Assembly: GCF_009914755.1 (NCBI RefSeq)
Contig: NC_060932.1
Reading direction: 5' to 3' (one strand)
DNA length: 64,000 nt
DNA from: the human T2T-CHM13v2.0 reference genome, Homo sapiens
In this document: positions 63,262 to 64,000 of the stretch, in pieces
Position numbering within the stretch: position 1 is the stretch's first letter
Layout of the letters: the number at the start of each line of letters is the position of its first letter
Made by a program: the position numbers and the translations under genes
Notes under the pieces: model-generated
What the model was told of the DNA's origin: nothing
The model's database searches: none
What the model saw: the letters and a program-made list of their open reading frames with translations, nothing else

Positions 63262-64000
63262 CTGGACCAAAGTCAGGTTACAGAGCAGGAATAATAAAAG
63301 ACTGAATGGAACCGTAGTGTCATAGCCAGAACCCCAATGTCAACCTTTTGAAAACAACCTGACTGCAGATACCCCATCCCACTGGGAGATTCAACACAGC
63401 GGCATTGCAATCCACCAGTTTCAGAGAATTGGCATCTGTGCCAAGGAATGTTTTTTCTAGGAATCTGGTTTCTCATTAAAAGAATTGGGTGGAGGGAACC
63501 AAGAAGAAAAAAATGCTAAGTTAAATCAAAATATGATATGAGTTCTTAAAAAAATCAACTCTGATTAATCATACTACAAGGTGATTTAATATGTTTGGAA
63601 GAAATTCAGAGCAAGTGAATTCACCAGCACTTTCAACAAATATGTACTCTAAAAAATAATTAATGCACAGCACATAAGTTAGGAATGTTTAAGAGGCTCC
63701 ATGATATTCACCTTAATAGGTATAAAATGCACATGTGTACAGAATAAAAGAAATAATTGTAATGAGAGTCACTTATTGTCATTGAAAGTAGAATCTTATC
63801 TATATTTTAATACAAAAACAAGCATGGTAAAACATCTGTGCTTTACCAAAGGCAATGAAAGGCTAAGAAGGCAATATTTTAAACAATGCACATTTGGATT
63901 TTTTGTATAACACTCTCAACTATCTCATCAGTAAAAATCCTCAGAACATGCCTGGGAAATAGGTAAACAATACAGAATAGTTTCTACTGCAAAATTAAAT

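Overview
This is AT-rich, CpG-poor genomic DNA from an anthropoid primate. A very young L1PA2/3-type 3' end makes an ape or human source likely. It reads as intergenic or deep-intronic sequence, about half of it (by eye) recognisable interspersed repeats: four Alus, many L1 3' ends of different ages, L2/MIR/L3 relics, MaLR/ERV LTRs and hAT/Tigger DNA transposons. I found no recognisable protein-coding gene, structural RNA gene, CpG island or CRISPR array. Nearly all ORFs in the supplied track are repeat-derived or chance. The points worth a second look are: (i) near-perfect hairpins at 26959-27087, 51146-51232 and 59825-59872, plus a scrambled direct/inverted minisatellite at 30748-30843, all resembling replication template-switch products; (ii) three independent 5'-inverted (twin-primed) L1 insertions with readable target-site duplications (TSDs); (iii) a ~475 bp orphan segment apparently co-inserted with an L1MB into an L2; (iv) a two-LTR MLT1 provirus; (v) a phase-compatible pair of candidate minus-strand exons (63261-63224 and 61326-61095) giving an 89-codon C-terminal frame I cannot name. 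I see no convincing evidence of a wholly new biological system. Subfamily names come from recalled consensus sequences, and old-repeat boundaries are approximate.
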